Of a stretch of DNA of 11,696 nt, positions 8,901-11,696 are shown piece by piece (the stretch's first letter is position 1; every line of letters starts with the position of its first letter). The stretch is from NCBI GenBank assembly GCA_043228905.1, contig JBHGNT010001134.1, positions 1 through 11,696 on the forward strand, written 5' to 3'. The position numbers were made by a program, and so were the translations under genes. The notes beneath the pieces are model-generated. The model was not told where the DNA came from. It searched no databases and saw only the letters and a program-made list of their open reading frames with translations. The DNA is from Azolla caroliniana (lineage: Eukaryota; Plantae; Polypodiophyta).

Positions 8901-9132
8901 ACTCGGCCTTTCCCTTGATGAGGCAGAAAACCAAAGAAGAACCAGACGTCCTCGAGTGCCGGGTTTCAAAGCAACTCGACGTGGTGTAGAAGCAATAATG
9001 AAAATAAGGGAATGTGAGCTACATCGCCTAGAAGCCATGGGTAGGGCACTCTCTACATTGGGACCACGGGTCACACCCACATCAAAACCCTTTGACCTCC
9101 CACTTCTTTTCGAGAGGCTTGGGTGGAAATAA
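5932..9132 (+). pseudogene. LINE ORF2: AP endonuclease + reverse transcriptase + C-terminal CCHC, disrupted
   Basis: APE motifs: LWNCNG, LVETH, GSGGV, CYFPP, VGELNA, STIDY, ANH (normally SDH). RT motifs: YRTI, EQAGFR, FVDFRKTFDTV, KQGCPLS, LLYADD, NLGKTK, YLGV. CCHC: C-x2-C-x8-H-x4-C (CRLCHIEIEDEYHFTCKC). Lesions: TGA at 6103-6105, frameshift near the TATATA run at about 7260, TAA at 8124-8126, frameshift/deletion at about 8617. Confidence 0.95.
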
Positions 9133-9351
9133 AATTAGGCTTAGTGTAAAGTCACTTCCTTTATCGAGTATACCACGTTTTGTACACTACTAGAACTCTT
9201 TTAGAGTAAGTTATATTTTTACTTTATTTTATTTTAGTTATGATGATTGGATAAATACCCATTTTGTTCTAAACCAATTGTCTCATGGCCAATTTTGGCC
9301 TTAGAAGACGTTAATATATCTTTATTTCTTTTTCTTTTTATTATTATTGTA

Positions 9352-9420
9352 ATTACCTTACCCTAGTGGTATGTTGTTAACACTACAAGCATTGCGTTGT
9401 GGGTTCAAATGCCACTGTGG
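9352..9420 (+). other. Degenerate tRNA-like/SINE-head cassette
   Basis: TACCCTAGTGGTA (A-box-like, 9359-9371) and T-arm-like GTGGG-TTCAAAT-GCCAC (9399-9415) at tRNA spacing. Confidence 0.5.
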
Positions 9421-9487
9421 AATGTAAGTGGTTGAACCCATGACCATCTGGTCTCCATTGGGCAACCTTACCAACTGAGCTACATTC
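9420..9487 (-). other. Degenerate tRNA-like/SINE-head cassette
   Basis: Minus strand GAATG-TAGCTCAGTTGGTA...GGTCATGGGTTCAACC...CATTC: consensus A box (9469-9482), B box (9430-9438), and ends that pair (GAATGTA/TACATTC). Confidence 0.65.
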
Positions 9488-9494
9488 ATATGGG

Positions 9495-9537
9495 CTCTCT
9501 CTCTCTCTCTCTCTCTCTCTTACACACATACACACAC
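9495..9537. repeat. (CT)13 microsatellite followed by imperfect (AC)n
   Basis: CT repeats at 9495-9520, then TACACACATACACACAC. Confidence 0.9.
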
Positions 9538-9577
9538 GTTCCGTTGCACAAAATCACACCCAATTCTTTACAAATTC

Positions 9578-10520
9578 CCATGGGGAGGGTTTTGTTGCAA
9601 TTGATGAATATGTAGGCTCTCATCTTGTTTGTTACCACATTTAGTAACATGGGGGTTCGAATACTCACTCCTTTGGTATCCGACTCAAGGTCTTGTGGTC
9701 ATGAGATAGGAAACATGAACGGGTCACGCACCGTGGTGCACGACATACACAAACGTAACAAAGTAACTTCACGCAGAACAATACCTGATCGAGTTGCAAT
9801 ATTTGCGGAATATAAGAACCGCGCCGGCTACAATCGATTGGTTACTTATGGAACACAGTAAAAAAATAGAGACTCTTACGACACAGACACAGAGTATAGC
9901 AAACAAATATTCTAGTAAGCGATTGCCTCAATACAACTGATAAACTTTGTACAAGGCTCCATGTCCCTTTTTATAGGGAGCATGGTCGGTTACATAAGGA
10001 ATGTAAACCGACACTACTCTTTCTAATTATTATACATGCATTATCTTACGTTCCAACTCCCTGTTCGATCCACCTGTTCTTAGTTTTGACTCACACTCAT
10101 CCCTACGATCCTTTCACACTTTGGCCGTTTTGTCCAACCAACATTGTCCTTGTCATTTGTTGTTGTCATTCCAAATGTTGCTAAAAGAGCATGTTATCAC
10201 ATCGTACTACTCAAGTAATTGAGTATGTGAGTGATTTTGGTTCCTTTGTAAAAGTAACGAGTAGATCCTTTACATCATTGGGTAACCCAAACTGGAATTG
10301 CTCCATTAATGCTTGGTCATCCCATGGAATATCATTTGTGAGGAGATAAAAATCAATTACATAGGCTGAGGCATGATGATCCCCTTGTCGTTTTGTTAAT
10401 TGTTGTTCTAAAATTATCAATATTACCAAAACATGCCTTGAACTCACTAATGAATTCTTAGAAATTATTTAACAAGGAATATCCCATTTTTAACAAAGGT
10501 GCAAACTAGGCTATAATGTT
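9578..10520 (-). pseudogene. gag: Old Ty3/gypsy gag remnant (chromovirus/Tcn1-like), split by solo LTR C
   Basis: Minus strand: FAPLL..LLNNF*EFISEFKACFGNID, then RQGDHHASAYVIDF..L..DIPWDDQALMEQFQFGLPNDVKDLL...*VVRCDNMLF. The frame continues across LTR C as QQQMTRT|R*EPTYSSIATKP. Many stops and frameshifts. Confidence 0.8.
9630..10143 (-). mobile_element. Solo LTR C (514 bp)
   Basis: TGTT...AACA ends, 5-bp TSD TTGTT (9625-9629) / TTGTC (10144-10148) with one mismatch, minus-strand TATAAAAA at 9968-9975. Excising it rejoins the gag remnant. Confidence 0.8.
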
Positions 10521-10843
10521 GTTAACATTCTATAATATCTGCTTTGTAGACTTATGCATATGACCTTTCAAAATATCAATAAATGACGTTGTCAATTCAG
10601 AGTAATTGCGAAGAGATTTTCGCAAAAACCACACAAAAACAAGGAATGATCAAACTTCTAAAATATCCAAAGAATGAGTTAGAAGTTGACTTTCTTGATG
10701 CAAGAAAGATCAATTTTAACTTCTCATTTGGTTATGAGATGCTTGATACTTATAAAACTCGCATTTTGAGATTTTTGCATAGAATTGTTTGTTATACAAT
10801 GGTTATAGAACAAAGTAGACATATTTATTGTAAAAAGAAAGAG

Positions 10844-11696
10844 TGTGGAAGAGTTACGTAGAAGGACATAGAGTACACAATCGTTATTTAGAGATACAAC
10901 AATTAGGTATACATAGAGATGAGATGAGAGAGAGACAGAGATATAGTAGACAACAAAACTTCTATAAGAAAATATTCTCCGTACTCAACTTACATACAAC
11001 GTGCTCACAGAGCACTTTTTATACAAGCCCTAACGAGTGGGTTGACAAGTATTGACAAGTACTTGAATGCTCATTAAATGAGCATCTGACACTAACAACC
11101 TATATAATATTCCTATTTACTAAATAGGAATATGGGCCCCCCAACAACCTGTTGGATTCCATTAGAATCGGCCAGTCGATTCGGCTTTCGGCTTATTCAG
11201 CCAATTCGGGCCTAGCCGATCGGTCTTCATTGGATCCGGCTGTTGGTTTCTTTAGCTGATTCAGCCCATTTTGAGCTTGTCACTCAACACTCCCCCTCAA
11301 GCTCAACTTGAGGTCCTGATGTGTCAGCTCCAATCGGTTCTAGTCTTCTGCTTCTCTTGGCATCTTCACGCCTTGCTCGTGCTCCTCATCCAGTCCGGTC
11401 TTGCGTCCCATGACTCCTCTGGTCCAATGCTTCTCGACCCATCCGGTCCTGCACACATCAACCCATATGGTCGGTTGTTCTGCTCTTCGGGCACTTATTA
11501 GCTCCATCGTTGTCGCGGCATTGGCGCTCCTCAACCCGTTGACTCCTCCATATTGGCAAGGGCTTTGGTTGCCCTCTTGTCTGCTTGGCCTTTATGCAAT
11601 TTGGTTCGTCAGAACCATGCCTCTCGATTGTTTCGACTATCTCCGATTCGCCTTCTTTCTGACCCTTGAACACATCTGCCCATGTCCTAGTCTTGA
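10844..11696 (-). mobile_element. Element D: 3' end of an LTR retrotransposon (copia-like PPT), continues beyond the window
   Basis: LTR at 10844-11289 (TGTGGA...TCAACA) with minus-strand TATAAAAA at 11016-11023. PPT abuts the LTR. 11301-11696 is internal 3' sequence with no recognisable domain. The left LTR boundary is inferred because the partner LTR is not in the window. Confidence 0.75.
11290..11300 (-). promoter_or_regulatory. Polypurine tract of element D
   Basis: Minus strand TTGAGGGGGAG immediately followed by TGTTG, the usual plant Ty1/copia PPT-LTR junction. Confidence 0.85.

Larger units (their letters stand above)
1..9340 (+). mobile_element. Degraded LINE (non-LTR retrotransposon, RTEX-like), interrupted by LTR insertions at 630-5535
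   Basis: Coiled-coil + RRM-like ORF1 (177-629 joined to 5536-5895), APE/RT/CCHC ORF2 (about 5932-9132), 3' hairpin GGCCAA-TT-TTGGCC (9287-9300) and a T-rich tail (about 9320-9340). The 5' end and TSD are not identifiable in the window. Clade assignment is inferred from domain order and the C-terminal CxxC..EDEYHF..CP.Y..IR.KY motif. Confidence 0.9.

Noticed and set aside
9651-9665. B-box-like GGTTCGAATAC near the end of solo LTR C
   Set aside because: No convincing A box at the right spacing and no good T-stem. Could be chance.
10583-11055. ORFs 10583-10861 and 10843-11055 as host genes
   Set aside because: AT-rich with no recognisable motif. The first runs into LTR D and the second lies within it.
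11340-11673. Minus-strand ORFs in the element D internal region as RNase H or env
   Set aside because: No RNase H motif (such as KHID or ADIFTK) or transmembrane segment is visible. They may be a decayed 3' extension, which cannot be judged without sequence beyond the window.

Overview
Eukaryotic, plant-like (probably bryophyte/moss, by inference) transposon nest with no intact host gene. The backbone is a degraded + strand non-LTR retrotransposon (LINE; L1-type ORF1 plus APE-RT-CCHC ORF2, RTEX-like) running from about 1 to 9340. Its ORF1 is split at one ACGT site by two LTR insertions lying back to back: ACGT-[1248-bp solo-LTR-like element A, 630-1877]-ACGT-[3650-bp gag-only LTR element B, 1882-5531, minus strand, 665-bp LTRs about 99% identical, tRNA-Trp PBS]-ACGT. 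Removing 630-5535 restores the ORF1 reading frame exactly. Downstream of the LINE are two convergent tRNA-like cassettes, a (CT)13 repeat, a degraded Ty3/gypsy gag split by a 514-bp solo LTR (C), and the 3' LTR plus PPT of another minus-strand LTR element (D) that runs out of the window. The most interesting signals are: (1) a homologous tRNA-like A-box/B-box cassette embedded antisense in the U3 of two otherwise dissimilar LTR families; (2) two LTR elements inserted at the same 4-bp target; (3) LINE ORF1 and ORF2 in the same frame, separated only by TGA-CGG, a known stop-readthrough context. All calls come from reading the sequence by eye; family names were not checked against a database.
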